DNA of 64,000 nucleotides from Camelus ferus (taxonomy: Eukaryota), in assembly GCF_009834535.1 (NCBI RefSeq), contig NC_045697.1, forward strand, positions 63,304,001 through 63,368,000, written 5' to 3'. The position numbers were made by a program, and so were the translations under genes. The notes beneath the pieces were generated by a model, which had not been told where the DNA came from, made no database searches, and saw only the letters and a program-made list of their open reading frames with translations. Below are positions 25,527 to 38,094 of the stretch, one piece after another. Numbering within the stretch: the stretch's first letter is position 1; every line of letters starts with the position of its first letter.

Positions 25527-26169
25527 TGTGGCATGCAGAATTATAAGACAGTCTTTAAGATTCCCACCTGCTGGTGTATATGTCCTACGAAATCCGCTAA
25601 AACAATAAATATAATGCCTTTCACTCCCATGATTAGGTTAAGTGATAAGGCCAAAAGGGTTTTTGCGTATATAATTAATGTCCCAAATCACTGACCCTAA
25701 AGTAGGGCGATTATCCAGATTTGCTTGATCTGATCTTTTGAGACTTTTAAATTTGGGTCTAGAGGTGAGAGAAGGATGAACTCAGAGATTCCGAGAATGA
25801 GAAAAATTTGACATGCCTTTGGTGAGTTGAAGAGGGGCCTTAAGGCAGAGAATGAGGAAAACCTTTAATAGCCAGTTTCCTGTGAGAGCCAGCAAGGACA
25901 TGAGGAATTCAGTTACTTCAACCCCAAGGAACTTAACTCTCCCAACACAATGAGCTTGTCAATGCTTGGGAGTAAATTTTTTTCCCAGAAACTCTAAAAG
26001 AGAACCCAGCCCATGGACAGTTCAGTATTAGTTTTGTGATATGCTGTGCAGAACCCAACCACTGTATGGCAGATTTCTGAGCAAAGAAACTGTTAGCTAC
26101 AAAAATGGACATTGTTTTAAAGCACTGAATTTGTGGTAACTTGTTTTGCAGCCATAGAAAGCAAATATG
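25527..26169 (+). mobile_element. MLT1E-like MaLR solo LTR
   Basis: Starts TGTGGCATGCAGAATTATAAGA, contains CACTCCCATGATTAGGTTA, ends AATTTGTGGTAACTTGTTTTGCAGCCATAGAAA. Confidence 0.85.
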
Positions 26170-26864
26170 TTTATTGTAAATTCAACCGAGGAAATATGCC
26201 ATGATCCATGGTATTTAATAACAGATTTTAATATAAAAACTAAAGATGATCTAGTTAAGTGGAACTATGCTCAAAACTATATATTTTAAGCTTTTTAAAA
26301 ATATAAACTGTAAAACAGATTATAAACAGATTCTTTCAGACAAAATCCTTAAAGTACAGTAAAACTATCAATAACTCATATAACATTGTGATTGAACCGT
26401 GATTAATTTACAAATTGATTATTAAATACAGACTGCCTTGATATAGAAAACAAAACAGCCAAAATGACAAGAAAGACTTTTAAAACATGTTTCTTTAATT
26501 GCTCACATGAAAGCAACTGTGTCAGCATAATCTAAAATGCTTTTTTATTCTTTTAAACTTGATTAATTAATGCTATATCAAGAGTTACCATAAGCAACTG
26601 TATTACTTGAATTTAAAAACATACATATCATCATATATTTTCAATATATTGTTCCTTTAGTGAATGACTTTTCTTCCATTTTGTACTGACTAATAAAACA
26701 TAGACATGTGTCAAAAATAGCCATTGAAGTAACACAGGTATTTGACTAATAATGTTAATGACAAAGCCATGGTTTATCTGGCCTATTTCTATATCTATAC
26801 ACATCCCTGTAGCAGACTAATTCTAACTGAACTTCTGATTATTAGTATTAATGATGAAATAACT

Positions 26865-26985
26865 GTCATGTATTTAGGGTCCACTATGTGTCAGATGCTA
26901 TGCTAAATACATTATCTCATTTAAATCTCACAAAAATATCATGAGATTTATTATTTTCTTTTATTACCTCATTTTTCAAAAGAAA
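26865..26985 (-). mobile_element. MIR fragment
   Basis: CACTATGTGTCAGATGCTATGCTAAATACATTATCTCATTTAAATCTCACAA, an antisense MIR 3' half. Confidence 0.7.
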
Positions 26986-27565
26986 AAAGAAACTCATTAA
27001 GAGTGATGTCCATTTAGATATTCCAATGCGTCTTAAATTTAACTTTCCAGAAGATAAAATATTGGCAAAGAACGATTTTTAATACAGTTCTGTTCCACTT
27101 TGCTAAGGTATAATTTTCAAAAAGTTGAAAAACTTGACCTTCATATAAATACAAATGAACAAAAAAATGGTTTTATTCAACTAATTAATGGATGAGATAA
27201 TTAGAAGATGCTAACATTGGTTTAAAGGAGAATTTGAAGAAATAGATTTGTATAGTTAATCAGGGAATACTGAAATAAATTTTCTAATAGGTACAAAATT
27301 ATTTAATATCTTATAGTGCAATAATCTATACTGTTTGGGATTATTTTTCCTACCAGACAGAAATTAATCACATCTGTAATTGACAACATTCATTTAGATT
27401 ATAATGGACAGGAATAACTTCCATTGCTTTTAGACAAGAATCATTTACATTGTGAACAGTTTTCTACAAATTAACCTCACAATTTGTTTACCTGTAAGTT
27501 TTGTGGAGTCAGGAACCTTTCCTGAAACCTTTTCAAGAACCTTATCAACACTGCTAGTACAGTGC

Positions 27566-28056
27566 TATCATAGGCATAATGGGCCCCCAGGAATGTCTAC
27601 ACCCTAATTCCCATAACCTGTGATGCTGTTACCATACATGGTGAAAGGGACTTTGTGGATGTGATTAAGTTAAGGATCTTGAGATGGGGAGATTGCCCTG
27701 GGTTGCCTGGTTGGATTCAGTGCAAACACAGGAGTTCTTAAAAGTGGAATGGGGAGGCAGAGTCAGTGCCAGAATGAAGCCATGTGGAGAGGATTCAGCC
27801 CTCCATTGCTAGCTTTGAAAATAGAAAGGAGGCCATGAACTGAGGAATGCAGGTGGCTTTAAGAAGCTGAGAAAGGCAAGGAGAGGGCTTCTCCCCTATA
27901 GCCACCAAAAAGGAACACAGCCCTGCCAACATCTTGATTTTAACCCAGGGAGACCCATGTCAGACTTCAGACCTACTATAAAATAATATGTTTGTATAAG
28001 TTTAAGCCACTAAGTTTGTGGTAATTTGTTAATAGCAGCCATAGAAAACTAACACA
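27566..28056 (+). mobile_element. MLT1D MaLR solo LTR, inserted in an L2 3' end
   Basis: AAAGGGACTTTGTGGATGTGATTAAGTTAAGGATCTTGAGATGGGGAGATT...TAAGCCACTAAGTTTGTGGTAATTTGTT...AAAACTAACACA. L2 tail motifs flank it (CTAGTACAGTGC before, GCTCAATAAGTACCTGTTGAA after). Confidence 0.9.
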
Positions 28057-29129
28057 AATATCTAACAGAGTACATGCTCAATAAGTACCTGTTGAAAGAT
28101 GAATTATTTAATGATTGAACAAATGTAAATTGTTCAGGACATGTAGCTAATAAGTAGGGAATCCTGGGTCAAGTCTTCTTTACCTGTCCCCATAACCTGT
28201 GCTTTTACTAAGTTCCTCTTTTCTAATGCAGTCACAATAATATCCTTTTCATTATTTCCTGAGACTGTTTTTTCCTGAAGAATAACATATACAATTAGTA
28301 GAAAACCATACATTCTCGAGCACTCATTCTAATAAGCAAATGACTTATAGTCAGTATTACTGTTAATTGTTTATTTTTATAAAATTTAAAAATTGATTAG
28401 TATTTGGAATCTTTTGTAATTACAGGTTTTCTTTTTAATACTACAAAGGGAAACCTAATGATGCTGAGATTGAGACTATTGTTATACCATATTGCATCTA
28501 TTTTCTGTATTTCCATAAATATGTTTTAATTATTCCATCAGAAAACTCTGTTTTCAAATTTTGAAATAGAATTCCAAAACTGAAAGCACAGTTGTTAAAG
28601 ACCCATTCTCTCAATAATTTTCTACTTTAAGAAGATTTTGTTTTTCAATTTGACACCCTTCAACATGGGACAACATAGTAAAAATTTTTAAGAAAATTGT
28701 AAAAGTTACACATATTTTTCATTGCCTTGCAATGAAACTGTGCTCTAGAATTTTATATTCAAATGTAAAGATGTTTTAAAATATCACAATTTTAAGCTAG
28801 GGAGTAGTTAAAAAAACTCTCTTTGTTTCACTGCATAAGATTTTTAAGTTTTAAGTTGTTTTAGAATATATATGTTAATATTAATCAACTAAATAGTAAA
28901 AAAAAAAGGTATGATTGACAAAAAATCATTAGACATTTTTATAAATAAGAAAAACTACAATTTGGATTTTTAAATTCATTACTGCTTAGGACCTGTGAAT
29001 ACCAATTCTAGCAATCTCAAGGCAAGAAATCGTGACGCTTATTGAAAATCATGACTTTGCAGATTGAACTGTATTGTTAAGAGCTAATATATACCACCAA
29101 ATCACACTGATTTTTTTTTTCTTTTTCTT

Positions 29130-29230
29130 CCCCTAGGATCTAAGTTCTTTAAAAGAAAGATGCACACCTTATTCCTTGTTCTCTGGCTGATACATAGTAC
29201 ATATTGAATATTTGTGAAATAGATGAATAA
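29130..29230 (+). mobile_element. L2 3' terminal fragment
   Basis: CCCCTAGGATCTAAGTTCTTT...TGATACATAGTAC...AATATTTGTGAAATAGATGAAT. Confidence 0.55.
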
Positions 29231-29441
29231 TATAGTACATGAAAAGGGAAATCTGCTAATTCTGCTGTTTATAGTAGAGTAAATTTTTAGTAATCATTCT
29301 AAATAAATTAAACCAACTGGATATTTAGACCCTCACTTTTGCGTATAGTCTACCTCTTCTAAAAAAATTAAGATTAAGAAAGGATAAGCATGCCTGATAG
29401 CACTTACACAATATATTCTTTTTTTTTTCAGGTTAATTTTT

Positions 29442-29494
29442 TTGTTTTTTATTAAAGTATAGTCAGTTTACAATGTTGTGTCAATTTCTTTTTT
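29442..29494 (-). mobile_element. Extremely 5'-truncated young L1 (3' tip only)
   Basis: TTTTTATTAAAGTATAGTCAGTTTACAATGTTGTGTCAATTTC matches the 3' tip of the L1 at 44544. Flanked by direct repeat AGGTTAATTTTT (29430-29441 and 29495-29506). Confidence 0.8.
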
Positions 29495-30882
29495 AGGTTA
29501 ATTTTTCTTTTTAATTTTACACAATTAACTCTAATTATTCTGTATAACTTTTAGGTAGGTAGAGGGATAGAGGTAGAGATATATGTAGACATAAAGAAAA
29601 ATATTCATAAAGAAATAAGATGATGCTTTTCTGATTTTGTATTAATAGTCAAACTCACAATGTGATGCCAAAGTCAACTGGACATACTGTATGACTCTAA
29701 ATAAGTAAGAAGTGCCTGGTCTGTAAATAAACAGAATCTGTATCATGCTTTTCTAACATTGTGGAAATGAAACATAGTCCCTACCCATGAAGTAAATTAT
29801 GATCTAGGAAGGACTGGTGCAATAAGGCAAATATACTAGTAACTAAGATACTAAAAAGAAAAAAAAGTGTGCTAAAGAATAATGAATACACAGAGCTATG
29901 AGGGTCAATGGGAGACATTATTAAGTTCGGTAGAATAGGAAAGCATTTATTAAAATTAGAACAGGTAGAACAGGAGTCAGAGTGGGAGTGAAGTTTGAAA
30001 GATTTGTTGAGTAAGGTTGAATAAATGATGGTATTAGAGAGAATAATCCTAGTATAGTACTATACCTCCAGAAAATGACTTAGTTTTTGAATTGTCTACC
30101 TTTCTGTACAGGTTTTTATGTAAAGGCAAAGAAAATATTGTCACCTCAAGCAGTCATTTTAACAGCTAAATTTTTTATAGTGTCAATACAGAAGTAAGCT
30201 TAAACATTAAATTTTTAAAAGTTATAACAGTTGGTGCTTGTTCTATACTTTAAATCAGTATATATAAAGATTTAAAATATAAGTAAACTAGAAGTAAGGA
30301 ACACTTCAAATTTGAAAATGATGGTAGATACTTGAAATATTTATACATTAATAGTTAAAGCAACTCAGGCAAGTTTGAGTACATTTGTAAAATTTTTCTA
30401 AGTACTAGAAGGAATTCAAGATCAACTTAATATTTTAAATCTTTTATATTAATTGTCCTTGGAAGATACGTAGTTTTAGTTTGTGCTTGTCAGACATAAT
30501 TGAAATAATTTCACCAAGGAATAAAATAAATATAAACATACGTTGGCTTTAAAGATGTGAACATGATCGTGAAATCAAGTCCTTTCTTGATTCTGATCTT
30601 AATTAGTAATCTAAAATATTGTAAAGTGAGAGACCATTGTACTTCAGTTTTCAATATTAATATTGTACATTTTCTTTGTGCCCCTCAACCAGACCTAAGT
30701 GTTCTCTTTTTGAATTGAAACATCAATTTTATAAAAATTAAGGAATAATAATAGGGAACCCAATATTATTACTTCCTCAGACTATATTGGACAGAGCATT
30801 TTTCCATGGGGGTGGTGGTGGTTGTAGTGGAACAGAATTTATGTAGAAAGGGAGGAAAACCTAAGCAGTCATATATGTAGGC

Positions 30883-31064
30883 TAGTGCTGCACAAACTTT
30901 AGTGTCTCCATATCACCTGGAGAGTTTGGTAAAGCACTGGTTTATTCTTGGACTCCATTATCAGGGATTCTGAGTCAATATGTGGGGTCTGAGCATTTGC
31001 GTTTCTAATATACTCTCAATCGGTGCTAATCCTTATGGTCTGTAGAGCACCCTTTGATAGCACT
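30883..31064. mobile_element. MER5A hAT-Charlie MITE
   Basis: TAGTGCTGCACAAACTTTAGTGT...ATCACCTGGAGAG...ATTTGCGTTTCTAA...GGTGCTAAT...CTTTGATAGCACT. Confidence 0.8.
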
Positions 31065-32349
31065 TATATAGACCCAAATTAGAAAACAAAAATTCTTTCC
31101 ATTTTAAAATCAATTTACAAGAATTTTAAAAGAGCAAGTTAAAATATGCACACTAAAAATAAAAACAAATTTAGAAATCAAAATTAAAAAGTCAAAAGCA
31201 AATTAAAATATATTTATAAGCATTATGTTAAGTGTATATAGTAGGGAATTTTTTCTTTATTCAATTGAGAAAGTTATTGAATGTTTTTCAAAGCTTATTC
31301 ATATCTAATTTCATTATGGTGAATTAAATATAAAGGATATAGATGTTATATGTTACTGATTTAAAGTATAGGACAAGCACTAACTGTGATACACTTTTTA
31401 AAAATTTAGTGTTTAAACTTATCTCTGTATTGACAATATATAGTGATAAAACACATTCTGAGCTTGAGTTTACTTGATTTTTCCTAGAAGAATTTAAAGT
31501 GTCAGTTCAATAAACTAGCTTAGGTATTGAGTTTACTGCTTTAGATGTTCCTGGTGACAGTCAGGTACAATCAATATGAAGAAGTAAGGAATTCAGTGCT
31601 CCTGTTACTGATAAATGCAAGAGTATATCCCCATAAAAATAGTTGCTAAACCAGTTATTTTTCATTACAAATAGAGACTTGAAAGCATAAATAGTAATTT
31701 AGATGCCAGATTAGATAATTAAAATCTATCATAAGATTATTTTAAAGAAAGTAACAATTTTAGAAAAGACCGTGATTTTAAGAAATGTGAAGGATATTGA
31801 AGTAGGAGAATTTGTGATTAATGATAGCCTGAAATATTGAATACTGGGCCTCAGATATTATCAAGAAAAGACAACAGAAAGGATAAATAATTTGCTACAA
31901 GGGATTTAAAATTTATAGTTAAAATGTTTCAGTGTTTTTATGACTTATTTTTAATAATTCTCATTCACATGACTAGTTAGTACTGATCTGAAAGTTCAGT
32001 TTCTTAAGTTTTCAGTTTCACACACAGGATTTTTACAAAATGTAATGTCTGTTTCTATAGAAATGTAAATTCTGTTCATTGGTTTACTTAACAAATAAGC
32101 CAGCGGACTTTTGTAAAGTTGAAATCAAGAGTCACAGTGCTTTAAATAAGCTGTAGAAATAAAATGTCCTGTGATAGGAAAATCGGAGATCAACTTTAAA
32201 AAAATCAAAAGCTTATCTAATCTGTTTGATTCATGCCTCTTTGATTATTCTAGAGTTGAGTGAATGGTATTATAACTTCTCTACTGAATTTGTGTTATTC
32301 TGTAATTACATTCATCATGTATTTTGTGTTACTATAAGCTACATGTTAG

Positions 32350-35300
32350 TTTTTATTTATGCAGTTTTATTAGGTTATAACTAGCTTACAATACACTGCA
32401 TGTACTTAAAATATAGAGTTTATTAAATTTTGAATCAGTTATACATCCATGAAACCATTACCAAGATCAAGATAGTGAACATAGCCTTCACCTCCGAGAA
32501 TTGTCTTTTGCCTCTATGTAATATCTCCTTCTAGTCCCTCCTCCCAAAGCTCCAAGCAACAATAGATTATGCTTTCTGTCATTATTATTTCCTAGAATTT
32601 TGTATAAATGGAAACATACACTATGTACTACAGTATGCACTTCTGACTTCTTTCACTCAACATGATTATTTTGATATTCATATGTGCTGCAGTGTGTATC
32701 AATAGTCCATTCATTTTAATTGTTGAGTAGTATCTGATTGGAAAAACACCAAGACTAGAATCATATGGTATGGACAGGTTTAAATATTTAAGAAGCTATG
32801 AAGCTGTTTTATAAAGTAGTTGTAACAGGTTACATTCCCACTAGTGGTATATGAGATTTCCTAGGAAACATTTGATAGAGTCAGTTTTTAATTTTAGCCT
32901 CTCCAATTAGTGTGTATTTCTTTGTGGTTTTAATTTTGCATTTTTTCCTCCATTGAACATCTTTTTCTGAGCTTATTTGCCACTTGTGTATCTTCTTTGG
33001 TGGAGTATTCGTTTAAATATTTTTCCCATTTTCAAAAAAATTTTATTGTTTTTTATGTATTCAAGATACATGTCATTTATCAGATACATAAGATTTTCTA
33101 TTAGTGCAAAGATTTTCTTCCACATTATGGATTATCTTTTCATAATCTGAACAGTGTCTTTTGAAGACAGAAAGTTTTTAATTTTTATAAAGTCCAATTA
33201 ATCAATTTATTCTCTGGATTGATATTAAAATTTTGTTGCAGTGTCTAAGAAATATTTCCCTGGCCCAGTGCCACAAATGTTTTCTCTTTGATGTTTTACA
33301 GGTTTAGGTCTTACAGTTATGTCTCTGAATATTTGTAGACTAATTTTTGTATGAATGAATGAGCTATGGCATGAATTCCATTTTTTTATTGTTGTTGTAT
33401 GGATATCTGATTTTTCCACAATCATCTGTTTGAAAAACTGTCTTTTATTCAATAAATTGTCTCTGTACTTTTGTCAAAAATTAGTTATTCTTATATATGT
33501 GGATCTATTTATGGACTTTGTATTCTGTTCCATAGATTTATTTGCCTAAATTTATGCCCATAACACACTATCCTGGTTATTGTAGCTTAATAATAAGTCT
33601 TGAAATCAAGTAACATTTGTCCTTCAAATATGTGATTTCTTTTAAGTCATTTTGACTGTGTGATGTTTTTTAAGTTCCTTTTGAATTTTAGAATCAACTA
33701 GTCAATTTCCACCAAAAAACTCAGCTGGGATTTTGATTGAGAGTACATTTAATTATAGATGAATTTGGTAAGAATTGTTATTTTTGCAATATAAAGTCTT
33801 TCTATTTATGAACATATAGTATATATATCTGTTTAGGTCTTATTTATCTAAGCAATGTTTTGTGGTTTTCAGTATACAAGTCTTGCATAGTTTTGTCAGA
33901 TTTATCCTTTAGTGTTTCCTATGTTTGATGCTATTATATGTGGAATTATTTTATTTCATGCTTTAATTGTTTGTTACCAGAATATAGAACATAATTGATT
34001 TTTATATATTGATCTTATATATTGTAGCTTTGCTAACTTTATTAGTTTTAATAATTTCAGATGTTCTAACACAATTATGTCATATGTAAATAAAGAACAG
34101 TTGTATTTCTTCCTTTCCAATCTCTATGCCTTTCATGTTTTGTTCTTGCTTAATTGCATAGGCCAGAAACTGCAGTAAAATAATGAACAGTAGTGATAAG
34201 AGCAGATACCTCTGTTTGTTCCTAATCTTTGTAGAAATGCTTTCAGAGTTTCACAGTTAAGTATGATGTCACCTGTGTATTTTTCATAGATATCCTTTTT
34301 CAGATTGTGAAGTTCCTTTATGCTCCCGGTTTTCTGAGAGTTTTTGTCAGAAATGGATGTTGGAATATGACAAATGCATTTTCTTCCTTCCTCTCTGTCT
34401 TTCTCTGTCTCTGTCTCTCTGTTTCTCTTTACCATCTCCCAACACTGGCTAAAGGTTTATCAATTTTATTAATCCTCTCAGAGCCAACTTTTGGTTATAT
34501 TGAATTTCTCTACTTGTTGTCTTCTATGTATTATATATTTTATTCTTATCTACATTATTTTTTTCTTTTACTTACATAGGGCTTTATTTTCTTTTTCCAG
34601 TAGTACAAGATGGAAGCTAGATGTGTTTATTTGACAAATTTTTCTTTTTTTCCCTCTTACATATAATTGTTTAGTGCTCTGAATTTCCTCCTAAGTATTG
34701 CTTTTTCAACATCCAACAAATTTTTGTATGTTGTATTTTTATTTTCATTCAGTTAAAAATTCATTTTTGATTTCTTGTTGAGTAATTTTAAACTATGTTA
34801 TTTATTTTCTCAACATTTCAATATTTCCTGTTACCAATTTCTGTTTTAATTTATTTTGGTCAGAGAACATACTTTGTATGAATTGAATTCCTTTATATTT
34901 ATTAATTTTTGTTTTAATGTGGTCTAAATGTGGTCTCTTTTGGTAAATTGTGTGTGTGTGTGAACTTGAAAAGAATGTGTATTGTGCTGTTATTGAATGG
35001 AGCAGTCTATAAATTTCAAGTGGGTCAAGTTGGTTGATTGTGTTGTTCCACTCTTCTACATTCTTATTGAATTTATGTCTACTTTTCCTATTAGTATTGA
35101 GAGAGGGGTACTGAAATCTCTGACTAAAATTATGGATTTTCATTCTGTCAGGTTTTACTTTGTGTATTTTGAAATTCTGTTATTAGGTGCTAAAACATTT
35201 ACAAATTTTCTGTCCTCTTGAACTAATGAACCTTAGTTTAAAACCAAAATTCATTTGAGTAAATTTTAAAGGTCTTATTGGCTTTACTCAGCAATTCAGG

Positions 35301-35880
35301 ATTTGAGCAGCATCCCCTCTAGCAGATAGAAAGAAGCCCCAGGGAGCTATACAAAATAAAAGACTTTAATAGGCAGAAGGGAAGAGGAACAAGGGAGTTA
35401 TACTAGCAAAAAGTGGATTGGTTGTGGCAAGAACACTTTCCTTTAGGGGATGGCAGGGACCTATTAGGCAGATACCTCACCAGTGCTGACCAGGTGATTC
35501 CTGATGGACTGGTTTAAGATTCCATTTCTGGGAGAGGCTCAATCAACAGTAATTAAGTCTCCATTTGGTGATGTGGGGCTTAGTGTAAGTGACTCCATTT
35601 TGGACCTGTTGTCTTGTTTTTAACACCTCTTTATCAATGTGAAATAACCTTGTTTATACATGGTAATATTTTTGCTCTGAAATCTATTCTGGCTAGTATT
35701 AATATAGCCTTTTCTGCTTTCTTTTGATTAGTGTTTGCATGGTATATAGTCTTACATTATTTTATTTTTAATCTATATACACCTTTATATTTGAATGAAT
35801 GATTTTAGACATTATATACAACAAATTATTTTTGTATATATTGTATTGTCTTGTAGCTTTATCTATTTTGACAATATTTG
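32350..35880 (-). mobile_element. Old L1 (L1MB8/L1ME1-like) 3' UTR plus ORF2 remnants, internally deleted and interrupted by an LTR at 35235-35625
   Basis: The 3' UTR motif CATCCATGAAACCATTACCAAGATCAAGATAGTGAACAT is present. Antisense ORFs translate to L1 ORF2p-like text (NTINQLDPLEIYRLLH..YTFFSSSH from the endonuclease region; IILNCETLKAFLQRLGTNRG from the RT region). Confidence 0.9.
35235..35625 (-). mobile_element. ERV1-class solo LTR nested in the old L1
   Basis: Ends GTGACTCCATTTTGGACCTGTTGTCTTGTTTTTAACA (reverse TGTTAAAAAC...CAAAATGGAGTCAC, typical of MER41/ERV1-type LTRs). Approximate 4-bp TSD CCTT/CCTC; L1 sequence resumes on both sides. Confidence 0.8.
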
Positions 35881-36531
35881 TGTTTTAAAATTGGGCTATC
35901 TCAGCTGCCCAGTTTCCATCTTAGTAGATCAATCTGAGTAATTTCATTCATGGAAGGTATTTTACTCTATTGATAAGTAGCCAAGCAGTTTCAAAGCAGC
36001 AAACAACTGCTAGGGCAGCTTGTTGTATTTTGTGGATTTAGTCGATAAGGAAACAATGAGCCTAAGTGAATTTAGACAGGTAGTTACTTGTGGCACAGCG
36101 AACAACATGATATTCCTGTTTGCATCTGCTCCTCTGTGCCTGACTCTCCCTCTCCTTCACCCCCTAAGTCCCATGGAGGCAATAAGGAAAGAGTCCAAGT
36201 GAATAATGTACACATAGAGATTTTTGTCACAGAGAAGGAACCTTATAAGGGAACTGCTAACAAACTGGTCCAAGCTTTTCCCCGCAGGGAAATATCATCT
36301 TTATTACCCAGGTCAGGAATCAAATCTGCCCTTTCTTCTGGAAGGAGGCACTTACTTTGTCACTCTCGAATGCCTCTGGGGAGAAGAGACTCTAGTTTTA
36401 TTACCCTGGAATGTAAGCAAAGCTGTTCCCTGCCCTGGAGCAGTTTTGCAAACATTCTTGCATAAAGTTGTCAATGCCCTTTGTTCAGAGGTTATGCAGA
36501 AATGTCAGACTCACTGAGAATTACCTCCCAA

Positions 36532-37000
36532 GGTATCAGTCAGAGTTCTCTCAGAGAAAAAAAAAAAAAAAAGCTACTCTAAGTATTTTTGAATAAGAAA
36601 GGATTTAATATAAGAAATTTGAGGCTTATGCAATGCTTGGAAGAGCAGAGACAGCAAAATTTAGAGAGGCCCCAAGTTCACTATCCAGATATCCGGAAGT
36701 GCAGGCAGAGCAGGTGAGCTGATGCTGCAGATCTGTGCTGCCTGTGGGATAGAAGTGTTTAATTCTCAGGAGGATGCCTGAAAGCTATTGGCTAAACTCC
36801 AAGTCTTCAGCCTGTTGTCTGCTGATGCCCTTGTGCCTGTCCTCAGCAGCACCAGAGAATAATGGCACATCTTACTCTTTAACATCCCAAATCTCATTCA
36901 AGTGGTTTTTATTGTCACAGTCTGCTGGCACTCTGGGAATTTAGGAAGAACAGCTCCTCGTCTCTTTTCCTGTATTTCTGGAGAGTGTAGATGAAGCAGG
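36532..37000 (-). mobile_element. Ancient ERVL-class LTR (LTR40/41/52-like)
   Basis: GTATCAGTCAGAGTTCTCTCAGAG...CTACTCTAAGTATTTT...AAAGGATTTAATATAAGAAATT; right boundary uncertain. Confidence 0.55.
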
Positions 37001-37054
37001 GTGATGCTGTATTGACAGCAAAAAATCCATCGAAGTCTTTATTAATGGAATTCT

Positions 37055-37225
37055 AATAGTTTTTTCCTTTACAAATAGTACTTTAATGAATAACTTTGTA
37101 CATCTCCCTTTTGGCATATGTGAAAGGATTTCCACTGGATTGATTCCTAGAAATGGAATGGCTTGCAGTGTGCACCTATCTTGCATCTTGATAGATGGTA
37201 ACAAAATACTTTCCAAAAGCACTTG
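37055..37225 (-). mobile_element. L1ME-like ORF2 3' fragment
   Basis: Antisense ORF contains AIPFLGINPVEILSHMPKGRCTKLFIKVLF, resembling the L1 ORF2p C-terminus. Confidence 0.75.
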
Positions 37226-37459
37226 TTTTTCAGGGGGTAACCACAGGATAATGGAGAGAGGGAAAGCCTGTTTGCAGATGATTTAAGAACAGAAGTTGGT
37301 ACTCAGATCTCTCCTTCCTGGACAGTGACTTAGTGCCTTTGGGTGGTGACTCTGTGAGGGGATGGAAAAGAAGAAAGTGTGATGGCCCTTTGATACTTAT
37401 TACTTAGAATAAGACCTACTATCTGATATCAGTCCCTTAACTACTGAGAATGAAAGAAG

Positions 37460-37705
37460 AAATAAAGGATTGAGTATCTTCTCGGATACTCTGATAGGCA
37501 TTATGCCAGCTGGTTTCACAGGGATTTCCCAATTTAATTGCCAGTGTAATTCTGTGAACAGGTATGTCTTCTCACCATCCTCCTTAATGAGTTATTGAGT
37601 CTTACCTGTCAAGTAACTCGTTGAAGATCATGGTTTTAATAGATGGTAGGGATAAAATTTTTAAATGGCTGTGAAAGATTACAGAACCTATGTTCTTTTT
37701 TTCTG
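37460..37705 (-). mobile_element. MIR SINE
   Basis: CAAGTAACTCGTTGAAGATCATGG...AATAGATGGTAGGGATAAAATTT, an antisense MIR. Confidence 0.55.
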
Positions 37706-37794
37706 TACATCACAGACATCTTCCTTCTTGATAAATATCCTTGAGTCTCATATTATTCTTTTATGACTATTTTAGTCTCTCCACAGCCGCCCGT

Positions 37795-38030
37795 GTAAAG
37801 AACTCAGATACTGGAGGTACAAATATTTGGATTTAAATTAAAGTTTGAGTCCAGTTTCTACCATTTGCTATCTATGTGATTTTTGAGAAATTCAGTTAAG
37901 CTCTTTGAATTTTAGTTCCAATATCTATAAAACAGATATAATAATACATACATGGCAAGGTTATTGGAAGAATTGGAGATGATATATACAGCATTCTTAG
38001 TCCATTGTTACGACGTTAATTGTGAGTACC
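37795..38030 (+). mobile_element. MIR SINE
   Basis: GTTTGAGTCCAGTTTCTACCATTTGCTATCTATGTGATTTTTGAGAAATTCAGTTAAGCTCTTTGAATTTTAGTT...GGTTATTGGAAGAATTGGAGATGATATA. Confidence 0.75.
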
Positions 38031-38094
38031 TGTGACCATGGGGCAAGAGGGTGAAACATAGAGCTCAGGACTAACACGTTAAATACGGTGAAAC

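Noticed and set aside
30052..30065. Perfect 14-bp palindrome GTATAGTACTATAC
   Set aside because: Several palindromes of this length are expected by chance in 64 kb.
31544..31900. Purine-rich segment after an acceptor-like tttactgctttag that reads protein-like (VPGDSQVQSI*RSKEFSAPVTDKCKSISP*)
   Set aside because: Numerous stops in every frame and no recognisable homologue; cannot be distinguished from background by eye.
36020..36517. Three overlapping plus-strand ORFs including the longest in the track (125 aa)
   Set aside because: No recognisable domain or splice context; locally higher GC explains the stop-codon scarcity.
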